A stretch of DNA of 64,000 nucleotides from an uncultured Desulfobacterales bacterium (GTDB taxonomy: Bacteria; Desulfobacterota; Desulfobacteria; Desulfobacterales; C00003060), in NCBI GenBank assembly GCA_964502365.1, contig CAZCWQ010000001.1, forward strand, positions 8,053 to 72,052. Reading direction: 5' to 3'. A model generated the notes under the pieces. It was not told the DNA's origin. It searched no databases and was given only the letters and a program-made list of their open reading frames with translations. Position 1 is the stretch's first letter, and each line of letters opens with the position of its first letter. A program made the position numbers and the translations under genes. Shown one piece after another: positions 19,231-28,226 of this stretch.

Positions 19231-21329
19231 GGTTTTTCCACTATGTGGCAGTCTACACATATATTGTCGGCAAAAGGCTTATGCATCTCGTCCTTGAAGA
19301 ATTTGGGATACCTTGAAACGTGAGGGGTGTGGCATTTTCTGCAATCCATCACCTTTGCGTCAATACGGATGTGGGCCTCGCCAAAAGAATCCGCGTCATA
19401 GTCGTGGCATTTTCCGCACAAGGGTTGAATCGGTTCCGCGATGAGGGCTAGTTCTGATGAAACATGGGGCAGGTGACATATCTGGCAGTTTTTCAGATCA
19501 GATGGCGCATGCACATAATACTTTATTTCAACGGCCTCGGGAGCAGTATCGCTCTCGCGCGCGGGCACCTCGCCTGGAGGAGTCTGCGCCTCTTTGTCTT
19601 CCGGGTACATTTTCGCTTTCAGTTCGGTATGGCAAGACAGGCACAAGTCAGGAAATGTGGCCAAGAGAAGGCTGTCGAGGTTTGCCTTATGAGGGCTGTG
19701 ACAGGCCGTACATTCCCCAGCCACCACGGGGCCATGTTGACTCTTGACGTCTGCTATTTCTTTGCCGGGGTCTGTGCCGTGGCATGAACGACACAGAAAG
19801 CTTTGCCTATTCACGATCATGCCCGGGATGTTACTTGCGTGGGCATCATGGCATCTTAGGCACTTTCCATCTCTGAAGTATTTGTGGCTGGAACCTCGCA
19901 CCTGCTTCTGCATAAGCTCACCGTGGCAGTTGGCACACAGTTGGGAGGAGGTGGCATCGGCTATCAGCATCTTTTCTCGGTCTGATCCGTGGGAACGATG
20001 GCAGGCGTCACAACTGCCATTGACTACAGGCTTATGGGTATTTGTTTTTGCGAACCGTATTTCAGCATCAAAATGACAGGCGTAACAAACCGTGTCCATC
20101 CTGTCCTTTAACATGCCCTTGAAATTCGACCCGTGGGAATTGTGGCAGGCATTACACATCCTGTCTGAAAAGGGTTGATGTGGGTTGCGGGTTCTCAGAT
20201 CTCTTTTTGTATTCTCATGACACGAGAAACACAGGTCTTCCACTTTTGCAATCAGGAGCTTCTCGTTCCTGGCGGCATGCCTCACATGGCATGAAAGGCA
20301 TCCTCTGTCGCTTGTGAGCGCTTGATGAGAGACCGCCACGGGGACGGCTTTATCGGCATGGCAACCGGCACAGAGTTGGTTGCCCTTCCTGGCAAGGAGG
20401 GTTGGATTTTCTGAGGTGTGGGGATTATGGCAAGAAATACATCGTCCCTTCTGAAAGGGCGAATGCTCGATATGCCCCCCTCCCTTAAGATCTGATGCCT
20501 TATGGCACTCGTGGCAAAGGTCGCTGCCCTTCATGGGCGTCTCAAAGGGTTTCTCGGACGAAGACGGGTTGTGGCATTTTATGCACTCAATGCTGAGAAC
20601 GGGGGGATGGGCACTGGTTCTCAACAGTCTGGGCTGTGATGATGAGTGGGGATTGTGGCAGTTGACACAGAGTGATACCTGTACAGGATAGTCGCCATGT
20701 GCTTTCTTGAATGATCTTTGACCATAGTCATGGCAGGATATGCAAAGGGCCGACTCTTTGTTCTTGAGGAGGTAAGGCTCGTCGGAACTGTGCGACAGGT
20801 GACAGACTTGACAAGGCTCTGTCTGCAATATCTTATGTACCACTTTCTTTTCGTAGCCTTCCCTCTTGTGACACTGGTAGCAAAGGTCGCGGCCTTGGGC
20901 CTTTAAGAGATGGCTTGCCTCGGACGCATGGGGGTCATGGCAGTTGGTGCATTTTCCTCTCTCGAGTCCTGTGTGCACCACGGACTTGTCCATGCCCATT
21001 TGCTTTTTTGTGTGGCACGGATAGCACAACCCCTTTCCCTCTTTCTTAAGTAGCAGCTTTGGGATCTTACCGTGTCTAAGGTGGCAATCTTCGCACTTAT
21101 TCTCCTTCACAACGGAATGAACGTTTTTCATTCCCAGATATTTAGCAGCAAAATCAGTGTGACACTCTACACACGCCTTACGCTCAAACTTGCGCGGTTG
21201 TCGCGAACGGACCGGCGCGCATGCCGAAAAGAAATAGAAAATCCCCGCCAGGACAAGTAGTACTCCCGCCACGACATATTTTCGCTTGCCAAGCATCAAG
21301 ACTCCGCGATCTCTCATTGCCATGGTCAT
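19227..21329 (-). CDS. giant multiheme c-type cytochrome, 26 CXXCH motifs
   Basis: I counted 26 CXXCH motifs in 700 aa. It has an N-terminal hydrophobic anchor ending FFSAC. Confidence 0.9.
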   Translation of the reverse strand: MTMAMRDRGVLMLGKRKYVVAGVLLVLAGIFYFFSACAPVRSRQPRKFERKACVECHTDFAAKYLGMKNVHSVVKENKCEDCHLRHGKIPKLLLKKEGKGLCYPCHTKKQMGMDKSVVHTGLERGKCTNCHDPHASEASHLLKAQGRDLCYQCHKREGYEKKVVHKILQTEPCQVCHLSHSSDEPYLLKNKESALCISCHDYGQRSFKKAHGDYPVQVSLCVNCHNPHSSSQPRLLRTSAHPPVLSIECIKCHNPSSSEKPFETPMKGSDLCHECHKASDLKGGGHIEHSPFQKGRCISCHNPHTSENPTLLARKGNQLCAGCHADKAVPVAVSHQALTSDRGCLSCHVRHAARNEKLLIAKVEDLCFSCHENTKRDLRTRNPHQPFSDRMCNACHNSHGSNFKGMLKDRMDTVCYACHFDAEIRFAKTNTHKPVVNGSCDACHRSHGSDREKMLIADATSSQLCANCHGELMQKQVRGSSHKYFRDGKCLRCHDAHASNIPGMIVNRQSFLCRSCHGTDPGKEIADVKSQHGPVVAGECTACHSPHKANLDSLLLATFPDLCLSCHTELKAKMYPEDKEAQTPPGEVPARESDTAPEAVEIKYYVHAPSDLKNCQICHLPHVSSELALIAEPIQPLCGKCHDYDADSFGEAHIRIDAKVMDCRKCHTPHVSRYPKFFKDEMHKPFADNICVDCHIVEKP

Positions 21330-21344
21330 TACGACTTTACAATC

Positions 21345-23267
21345 CTACGGTTGAAGATCTTCTCGGTGAATCTCTACCGGATAGTACGCTCTGAGTTCGT
21401 CTGCCCAGTGCTCGATCGACGCCTTCATCTTTTCCTTATAAAGGCCCTCTGCAATTTCTTCTTTCACATCTTCAAACGGTTTTGCCTTGGGGGAAATCAC
21501 GGCGGACACGAACAAGACATAGTACAGGCCATCAGGGCTCGCATACAGCCTGAAATCTCCAGAATCGGCCCCTGATACGGCCTTTTGGACTGCTTCGGGC
21601 AATCCCTCCAGGGTCAGCAGCGTCCCATCGAACGGTAGAACCCCGGCCGTGTCCTTGTCAACCTGCCCCGCTGCATTGGAACTCAACCAGTCAAAGTCTG
21701 TGCCTTTGTTCAGCTTCTCCATGGCATCCACGGCCCGACTTCTTTCTTTGAACACGACACTGCGTATTCTCATCATCTGCGGGAACGTGTACTCCTGAAG
21801 ATTGTCGTCATAGCGTTGTTTCAGTTCCTTCTCAGTGAGCTTGATGTCAGGGACAACGACTTTGTTCATGAAGGCGGCAAAGATGACCGAGTTTTCATAC
21901 TCCTTGACTCTCTGTTTATAAATCTCCGTCTCATGAATCCCCTGCTTCAGGGCCTCTTTTTCCAGTACCCGCTTTTGAAGTAGCTCTTCTAAGACCTCGC
22001 CCTTTCTCTTGTTCACTTTCTCCGTTTCGATGGCTCTCTCAACCCCGTGGTAAAATCTCGCTTTCAAACCATTGCTCAAGTCTGCAACGGTAATCGGCGT
22101 TTCTCCTTTTATCTCGGCAACAACTCGCGTGTCTTCCAAGAGGTCTTCGAATCCCGGTTTCTTGGATTCATAGTCAAGGGCATCAAAGATCTTGGCGTTT
22201 ATCTTCACATATTTCTTCTTCAAACCCTCGTAGTAGGCGTTGCCGGCACGAAGTTTCTCCTGTTTAAGGGCTTGGTGCCTTGCCTTTTGCCTTGCCTCCT
22301 GGTTCTCGTCTTTTGGGTAGCGAATACCTTCAAGGCGAAAGAGGATAAACCCTTTGTTCCCAAGTGAAAGGATAGGACTCACAGAGCCGATCTCCATTTT
22401 CGAGACAACCTGGGCCACCGGCAGCGTCAGATCCTTGGCCTTCAAATATCCTGCCTCTTGGTCTCCTTTCGCCACGCTTCGGGCAACGGCGCTGTCAACC
22501 ACCGTGTCAAAGCTCTTGCCTGCCTTTATCTCTTCCTGAATTTGCTTTGCTTCATGTTCCTTTTCAACCGTCACCGACCTTAGCTTCCATTCCTTCACTA
22601 TTTCCTTGTAGAACCGCTGCACTTCCTGCTCATCGGCCTTCACGTCTTTCATTTGCCGTTCAAGCAGAAGCTCGATAAGGCTCTTTACCGCATAGTCAGC
22701 CACAGCGCTTTTCACTTCCGGCAACTCGCCAAGGCCCATCTCTCTGGCCTCAAGCCCAATAAGTTTCATATTGATCATGCGCTTCATAATCGCGGAATAG
22801 TCTATCCGACCTGCCTCTCTTTCCTCCTGCCTTGCCGAGTGTGAGGAGGCAATGGCCCTGTTGAACTCTTCCAAAGTAATTGGTTCTCCGTCCACTGTTG
22901 CCACGACCTCCTTGTTGTCAACCAGGGGAAGTTCCTTGGCTTCGGCAAAGGCCAATGCTGAAGCCAGTAGCAAGCAAGTGGCAACGCACGCGAGCACAGC
23001 CCCTACCCATTGGACGGGACAGCCGGTCTGGTTGCTTTCATGTGTTAAGACGGAGGATAAGCGTCGGTAAAACTCCTTTCGAAATAGCAAGGCATTTGGC
23101 GACATGGTGGGCTGGGTCGGCCTGGCGAAAGCCCTGCCGCCAAGACCAACAGGAAGAACAGGCTTTGCATAGGGTTCCGGAGCAAGCATGTTGAAATGAG
23201 ACGATACCCAGGCTTTTCTTAATAACGGGATGCCCGCCGATTCAGCATTCATCGCATTGTGGCACAC
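21345..23267 (-). CDS. SurA/PpiD-like peptidyl-prolyl isomerase (PpiC/parvulin type)
   Basis: Has a TM/signal segment, a SurA-N-like VATVDGEPITLEEFNRAI and parvulin-like regions. The start is uncertain (GTG 23267, ATG 23252 or ATG 23105). Confidence 0.65.
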   Translation of the reverse strand: MCHNAMNAESAGIPLLRKAWVSSHFNMLAPEPYAKPVLPVGLGGRAFARPTQPTMSPNALLFRKEFYRRLSSVLTHESNQTGCPVQWVGAVLACVATCLLLASALAFAEAKELPLVDNKEVVATVDGEPITLEEFNRAIASSHSARQEEREAGRIDYSAIMKRMINMKLIGLEAREMGLGELPEVKSAVADYAVKSLIELLLERQMKDVKADEQEVQRFYKEIVKEWKLRSVTVEKEHEAKQIQEEIKAGKSFDTVVDSAVARSVAKGDQEAGYLKAKDLTLPVAQVVSKMEIGSVSPILSLGNKGFILFRLEGIRYPKDENQEARQKARHQALKQEKLRAGNAYYEGLKKKYVKINAKIFDALDYESKKPGFEDLLEDTRVVAEIKGETPITVADLSNGLKARFYHGVERAIETEKVNKRKGEVLEELLQKRVLEKEALKQGIHETEIYKQRVKEYENSVIFAAFMNKVVVPDIKLTEKELKQRYDDNLQEYTFPQMMRIRSVVFKERSRAVDAMEKLNKGTDFDWLSSNAAGQVDKDTAGVLPFDGTLLTLEGLPEAVQKAVSGADSGDFRLYASPDGLYYVLFVSAVISPKAKPFEDVKEEIAEGLYKEKMKASIEHWADELRAYYPVEIHREDLQP

Positions 23268-23335
23268 TCAGGTTCCCTTTGCAACTGCAAAACTGCCGGC
23301 TGCCCACAGGGCTCCAACAAGGACAAAAACATTTG

Positions 23336-23698
23336 CTAAAATACCTGTTTTAAAAAAGCCTTGATGTCAGACAGGACAAAGGGCTTGGGGATAAAAACGG
23401 CTCCCTTTTCTTCGATAGTCCTTTTTATTTCATCACCAACAGAACTTGCCGAAATAATGGCGACATTAGTTTCAGGGGATATCTGATGTATTTCGTCCAT
23501 GACATCCAGGCCACTCACATCGGGCAGTCCCAGATCGAGGAAACACACCCAGTAGGATGAGAAGTGCATCTCAATGATGGCATCTCTGCCCGTTGAGGCG
23601 GTTTTGATCTCTCCTTCAAAACCGCACAATTTACGAAGTGCGCCTGACATGCCGGACAGAATAGATGGCTCATCGTCAACGATTAGAATCTTTCTCAT
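23336..23698 (-). CDS. single-domain response regulator (REC only)
   Basis: ILIVDDEPSIL...FLDLGLPDVSG...KPF receiver-domain signature, 120 aa. Confidence 0.85.
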   Translation of the reverse strand: MRKILIVDDEPSILSGMSGALRKLCGFEGEIKTASTGRDAIIEMHFSSYWVCFLDLGLPDVSGLDVMDEIHQISPETNVAIISASSVGDEIKRTIEEKGAVFIPKPFVLSDIKAFLKQVF

Positions 23699-23769
23699 AA
23701 ATCACCTATTTGCCCAAGGGCTTTTTGTTATTCATCAACCCTTAAATGCTTCGCAGTAATCAAGAGGAG

Positions 23770-23784
23770 GCAATTACCATACCA
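23770..23784 (-). promoter_or_regulatory. candidate sigma-54 promoter for the REC-PPIase-cytochrome operon
   Basis: The reverse complement reads TGGTATGGTAATTGC, with GG-N10-GC at canonical spacing. It lies about 70 nt upstream of the REC start. Confidence 0.5.
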
Positions 23785-23942
23785 TGCAAGCTTCACATCC
23801 TTCTGATCTATCCATCCATATTCTTCATTCCCTTGTGTATGCACTGACAGCAAAGCTCACAGAACCAAACTGTTCTTTCCGAGTCCAATATTATCCTACA
23901 TAACCACTGAGCGCTTCAGGCCAATGACTCAATGTCACTCCT

Positions 23943-23977
23943 GGTGAAATCACCGAACAGACCCGGTGAAATCACCG
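23943..23977. promoter_or_regulatory. tandem palindromic upstream activator-like sites
   Basis: GGTGAAATCACCG occurs at 23943-23955 and 23965-23977. Each is the inverted repeat GGTGA-N2-TCACC, and the centres are 22 bp apart. They lie between the two divergent sigma-54 candidates. Confidence 0.55.
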
Positions 23978-24062
23978 CTTCTGCCTCAATCAACTCGCCA
24001 TTGCAGGGCGTCATGATTACCTAACACTTTGATTCGAAACGTGTTTTGTGGGGAAAAATCGA

Positions 24063-24078
24063 TGGCATGTAGATTGCT
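24063..24078 (+). promoter_or_regulatory. sigma-54 promoter for the NHL-omcS operon
   Basis: TGGCATGTAGATTGCT matches TGGCAC-N5-TTGCW at every conserved position except one. It lies 140 nt upstream of the NHL gene. Confidence 0.65.
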
Positions 24079-24217
24079 ATTCCTACTAAACAAATATGAA
24101 ATACAAAGGGAGATATTTGATCAATGTAGCCGTTGAAAAGAACCTGGCCTGTATCTGCCAATGTTGGAGGACAGCAGGTGCTTATGGTCCTCCACGCAAT
24201 GGCGAAGAGAAGCATAA

Positions 24218-25201
24218 ATGAGAAACCGACAAAATAAGATTGAATTACTCATTGGGCTGCGCCTTAAACGCATGATCGTTGTATGCCTTGCGAGTACAAT
24301 TTTCTGCGCAGGCATGTTCACTGGCGCGTCAGCACAAGTGGAACCGGTCTTTTTATACACTCTGTCCAACTTTGATGGTCCCATACCGTACAACTGGGCG
24401 AACATTTATTTTGACGAACAGAGAAACGAGATTTATGTGGTGGACAGGCGTGAGGGGGACATAAGGATATTCGATCAAAACGGCATGGAAATCCACCGTT
24501 TTGGTGACGATGGAAGGCTGGGCACTCTCATCGATGTTGCCGTTCGAAACGATGGAAACATCTTTGTTGTGTCCAGACAGGGGTTGAAGCCCTCAGTCCT
24601 TCTCTGTGATTTCAGAGGAGAGCCTCTGTCAGCACTCGAGTTCAGGAACTTCCCTCCCGATTTTTCGGTTTTTTCACCCGACCGCATCGCTTACCTGAAA
24701 GAACGGCTCTACCTGCTTGACACCATCTCCTTGAGGATAGCGATTACAGAAACCAACGGCCTTTTCCGGAACGGTTATGACGTCGTGTCTCTCCTGGGCC
24801 TCGAAGAAAAAAAGAGGGGAGAGGCGGACATCGGCGGATTCAGCGTTGACCGGGAAGGAAACATGCTCTTTACCATCCCGGTCCTCTTTTCAGCCTACAT
24901 ACTCTCTCCGGACGGGCAGATACAGGGCTTTGGCGGGCCCGGAAGCGCTCCTGGGGGGTTTGGCGTTGTAGGGGATATCGTGGCAGATGAAAGAGGCTAT
25001 TACTATGTGGCAGACCGGTTGAAATGTGTTGTCGATATTTTTGACAAGGATTTCCAGTTTCAGTCCGAGTTCGGGCATCGCGGATTCAGGCCGGAGAATC
25101 TTATAGGTCCCAAAAATCTGGTTCTGGATGCCGAGGGCAGGCTCTATGTGTCTCAGCTCGCGAGCAGAGGGGTCAGTGTTTTTAGGATAACCTATGACTA
25201 A
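24218..25201 (+). CDS. NHL-repeat beta-propeller protein
   Basis: Signal peptide present. Repeated blades such as YVVDRREGDIRIFD, YYYVADRLKCVVDIFD and LYVSQLASRGVSVF. Confidence 0.75.
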   Translation: MRNRQNKIELLIGLRLKRMIVVCLASTIFCAGMFTGASAQVEPVFLYTLSNFDGPIPYNWANIYFDEQRNEIYVVDRREGDIRIFDQNGMEIHRFGDDGRLGTLIDVAVRNDGNIFVVSRQGLKPSVLLCDFRGEPLSALEFRNFPPDFSVFSPDRIAYLKERLYLLDTISLRIAITETNGLFRNGYDVVSLLGLEEKKRGEADIGGFSVDREGNMLFTIPVLFSAYILSPDGQIQGFGGPGSAPGGFGVVGDIVADERGYYYVADRLKCVVDIFDKDFQFQSEFGHRGFRPENLIGPKNLVLDAEGRLYVSQLASRGVSVFRITYD

Positions 25202-25415
25202 TCTCAAACAACAGAGGCGCATAATTCTAAAGAGTAAGGAGGTGATCACAAGTAAGAAGTGATTAGCGTTTTCAGGGTGACCTAATGGGTACGGGCGAAC
25301 CACGAAGAACAGAGGCACATTGATTCGAAAGATGCGGAGGGGATTAGAAACATAAAGTGAAGAGATGGAAGATGAAGGGTCACAAAATCAAACATGAAAA
25401 GGAGGAAACTGAAAA

Positions 25416-26600
25416 ATGAAAACTACTAAGTTACTGGTTATCATGGCAGCAGTCCTGATAGCCGTTGGGTTAGGTGGCTCTGCCATGGCTTTCCATGACG
25501 GCGGTGTTGCACACTGCGACGGCTGCCACTCAATGCACCAGCAGGTGGACGGCGCGTCCAACCTTAGCGGGAATGCAAACAATAACCTGACCACAGGTTC
25601 AGACCCAAGCTCCACCTGTCTCAACTGCCATGCAGGAAGTGGAAGCTACCATATTCTGAGCGCAGATGGCACCAATTTTTACCCAGGTGGTGACTTCTAC
25701 TGGGTCACGGCAGGGTTATGGACGGTGGACCACGACACGGACAGCACGGACTCAAATCGCGGCCACAACATCACGGCCTTGGACTTTGGCCTTGGGGACG
25801 ATGGCAGACTGAATGTGGCTCCTGGTGGTACCTACCCCGATACCCAGCTGGGATGTAACAGCTGCCATGATCCTCACGCTAAAGTGGGCGGGGCTGGCGT
25901 AGGCCCCGGCGCACCAAACCCTGCGCCGATTTCAGGCTCCGGGTCATACGGTGACCCAGACCCTACGGATGGCTCTATCCTGGGTAACTATAGACTCCTT
26001 GGCGGTATCGGTTACGACGGTGGTCAGGGTGCAAGCGCCAACTTCGCCAATGCTGCTCCCATCGCTACGGCGCCAGCCTTTGGCTTTGCCCCCGGTAGTG
26101 TCGGCTTGACTGAGCGCGACGATAATCACGTAGACTACGGGTCAGGCATGTCGGGATGGTGTGGAAACTGTCATACCAGCTTCTTCTCAGGCGCCCACGT
26201 GCACCCGGTTGACACGGCTGCAACCCTGGGCGTGGAGGCCACTAATTACAATCACTACATCTCCACAGGCAACTTTGATACTTCAAGAACCGCCACAAGC
26301 GCAACCTACCTGGCGCTGGTGCCTTTTGAGAGAGGCACACCGGACAGAACACTCCTGTTGCCGACCAATACGGACGGTCCTGATGTTAATTCGCAGGTCA
26401 TGTGTCTGACATGCCACAGGGCTCATGCCTCACCATTCAAGCACATTGCCAGGTGGGATCTGAATACGGAGCTGCTGGCAGAGTCCAATGCAAACGCACC
26501 AGTGGCAGTGCAAGCCGTGCAATACTACGAAAGAGACATTGCAACCGACTTCGGCCCATGGCAAAGATCGCTGTGCAACAAGTGCCACGTGCAAGACTAG
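25416..26600 (+). CDS. omcS: OmcS-family hexaheme nanowire-type cytochrome
   Basis: Strong RBS (AAAGGAGGAAA), signal peptide ...AMA|FHDGGVAHCDGCHSMH and six CXXCH motifs. Blocks PGGDFYWV, APGGTYP..LGCNSCHDPH, YRLLGG, SGMSGWCGNCH, CLTCHRAHAS and a C-terminal CNKCHVQD parallel G. sulfurreducens OmcS as I recall its sequence. Confidence 0.85.
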   Translation: MKTTKLLVIMAAVLIAVGLGGSAMAFHDGGVAHCDGCHSMHQQVDGASNLSGNANNNLTTGSDPSSTCLNCHAGSGSYHILSADGTNFYPGGDFYWVTAGLWTVDHDTDSTDSNRGHNITALDFGLGDDGRLNVAPGGTYPDTQLGCNSCHDPHAKVGGAGVGPGAPNPAPISGSGSYGDPDPTDGSILGNYRLLGGIGYDGGQGASANFANAAPIATAPAFGFAPGSVGLTERDDNHVDYGSGMSGWCGNCHTSFFSGAHVHPVDTAATLGVEATNYNHYISTGNFDTSRTATSATYLALVPFERGTPDRTLLLPTNTDGPDVNSQVMCLTCHRAHASPFKHIARWDLNTELLAESNANAPVAVQAVQYYERDIATDFGPWQRSLCNKCHVQD

Positions 26601-26626
26601 TCTAAACTGTCGTGTAACCCTATTTT

Positions 26627-26660
26627 AAGGCTGAGGGCCCATGCCCTCAGCCTTTTTTTT
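26627..26660 (+). terminator. strong rho-independent terminator after omcS-like gene
   Basis: AAGGCTGAGGGC-CCAT-GCCCTCAGCCTT forms a 12-bp perfect stem followed by T6-8. Confidence 0.85.
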
Positions 26661-26810
26661 GACGGATTGACACCTTTGTGCTTAAAGAGGACAGAAGGGC
26701 CCTGATATAACCACCCAACAGCCCAGAAAGATTGTTCATATGGCAAGTGCGTGATACATAGTGGCACCTCCATCAGAGTGGAAGTAGTCGCGTCATGTGA
26801 GGAACGGCCT

Positions 26811-28223
26811 ATGATGGCACCAAGGATCTTTCCCCTCCTTCTTCTCCTCTCGTTTGTTTTGGGCAGCTGTTTTCCGCAAGGCTCCCTACATAACGTACGC
26901 TCAATGGACGAGGGTCACGTTATTTTGTATCTACAGCCTCTATCCCAGGAGGCATACAGGCTCCGGTTCGTTATCGGCGAGATTTCAGCCATCCGGGACG
27001 ACGGCACTCTGATTCCCCTCTTTCTGTCAATCAATGAGATAAAGGGAACAGGTCTTGTGGCTATCCAGAAACGGCTGGCATCAGGGGGATTGCCTCCCGG
27101 TTCATACACAGGGCTGTCCATCAGGATCAAGGACGCATTTGTGCAGGGGGAAGAAGGCGAATTTGCTTTGTTAGTCCCTGAAGAACCCACCAGGGTTGAC
27201 AGTCTGTTCAACGTGACCCGGAGAAAAACAGCCATCCTGTTTCTTTCCTTCCATGTTGCAGGAGCCATAACCGATCAGGTCCGTTTTACACCTGCTTTTT
27301 CCCTGAAACCCTCTGCCAGAGAGCTCCTCAATCTTACAGGATACGTCAGTGATCCTGCCTCCGACAGCCTCTTGGTCTTTAACAAGAAGACGATGCAGGT
27401 GGTCGGTGCCATATCAACCGGCACGGCACCCAAGGGGATCGCCCTCGACAGAAATAGGGGAAGGGCTTACGTGGCTGCTTATGAAGACGATACCGTGGAA
27501 GTCATCGATGTCATCGAAGGGGAGATTATTGGCAGGATACCACTTAACTTTGGTGATGGGCCGCTGGAGCTCGCGGTGGCCCCAGATGGAAGAACCCTCG
27601 TGTCAGTGAACCATGACTCCAATACGGTGAGTATCATTGATACGGTCTCTTTGTTTGAGATCAGGAGGGTCAGGGTTGCTGAAGGGCCCTCTTCGGCCGT
27701 GGTGGATCCTCCAGGCCTGAAAGCCTACGTTATGAGCCCTCTGGCCAATTCGGTCTCTGTGGTGGATCTGACGCAAAGTGAGGCTTCCGCAACTATAGCA
27801 GTCGAAGGCGGCCCTCTTAGAGGTGCTTTCAATCGCGAGGGCGATACGCTTTATGTTGTGAGCAGGGATTCACCCTACCTGACGGTCATAGATGCCTCAC
27901 GGTTGGTCATCACACAGAGGATTTTCATAGGCATTGGGGCCCTGTCCATAAAAGTGGACACGCAGACCGATCTCATCCTTGTGGGCATGAAGGCGGGGGG
28001 GAACATCCTGGTGATTGACGCTTTCGCTTCCATGGCCATCGATGCCATCGTACTGGAAGGCAATGCCGCTTACCTGACTATCGACGACGAAGAGAACAGT
28101 CTGTTTGTGGCCCTTCCGGACATCAAGTCTCTTCAGAAGGTCAATCTCACGAGTAAGAAGATTACGGGCGCCATAGACGTGGGCGAGGAGGCTTATGCAG
28201 TTGTCGTCGTGCGTGAGAGATAG
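26811..28223 (+). CDS. lipoprotein with DUF4382-like N-terminal domain and YVTN-type beta-propeller
   Basis: Start MMAPRIFPLLLLLSFVLGSC has a lipobox. The N-terminal half resembles the DUF4382 protein at 56673. The C-terminal half has repeated P.G(I/L)A(L/V)....(A/L)YV....D..V.VID YVTN-like blades. Confidence 0.7.
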   Translation: MMAPRIFPLLLLLSFVLGSCFPQGSLHNVRSMDEGHVILYLQPLSQEAYRLRFVIGEISAIRDDGTLIPLFLSINEIKGTGLVAIQKRLASGGLPPGSYTGLSIRIKDAFVQGEEGEFALLVPEEPTRVDSLFNVTRRKTAILFLSFHVAGAITDQVRFTPAFSLKPSARELLNLTGYVSDPASDSLLVFNKKTMQVVGAISTGTAPKGIALDRNRGRAYVAAYEDDTVEVIDVIEGEIIGRIPLNFGDGPLELAVAPDGRTLVSVNHDSNTVSIIDTVSLFEIRRVRVAEGPSSAVVDPPGLKAYVMSPLANSVSVVDLTQSEASATIAVEGGPLRGAFNREGDTLYVVSRDSPYLTVIDASRLVITQRIFIGIGALSIKVDTQTDLILVGMKAGGNILVIDAFASMAIDAIVLEGNAAYLTIDDEENSLFVALPDIKSLQKVNLTSKKITGAIDVGEEAYAVVVVRER

Positions 28224-28226
28224 CCG

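Noticed and set aside
25314-25327. Sigma-54-like GGCAC-N5-TTCG in the 214-bp gap just upstream of the omcS-like gene.
   Set aside because: The -12 dinucleotide is CG instead of GC at the required spacing, so it does not meet the GG-N10-GC rule. An internal promoter for omcS remains possible but unsupported.
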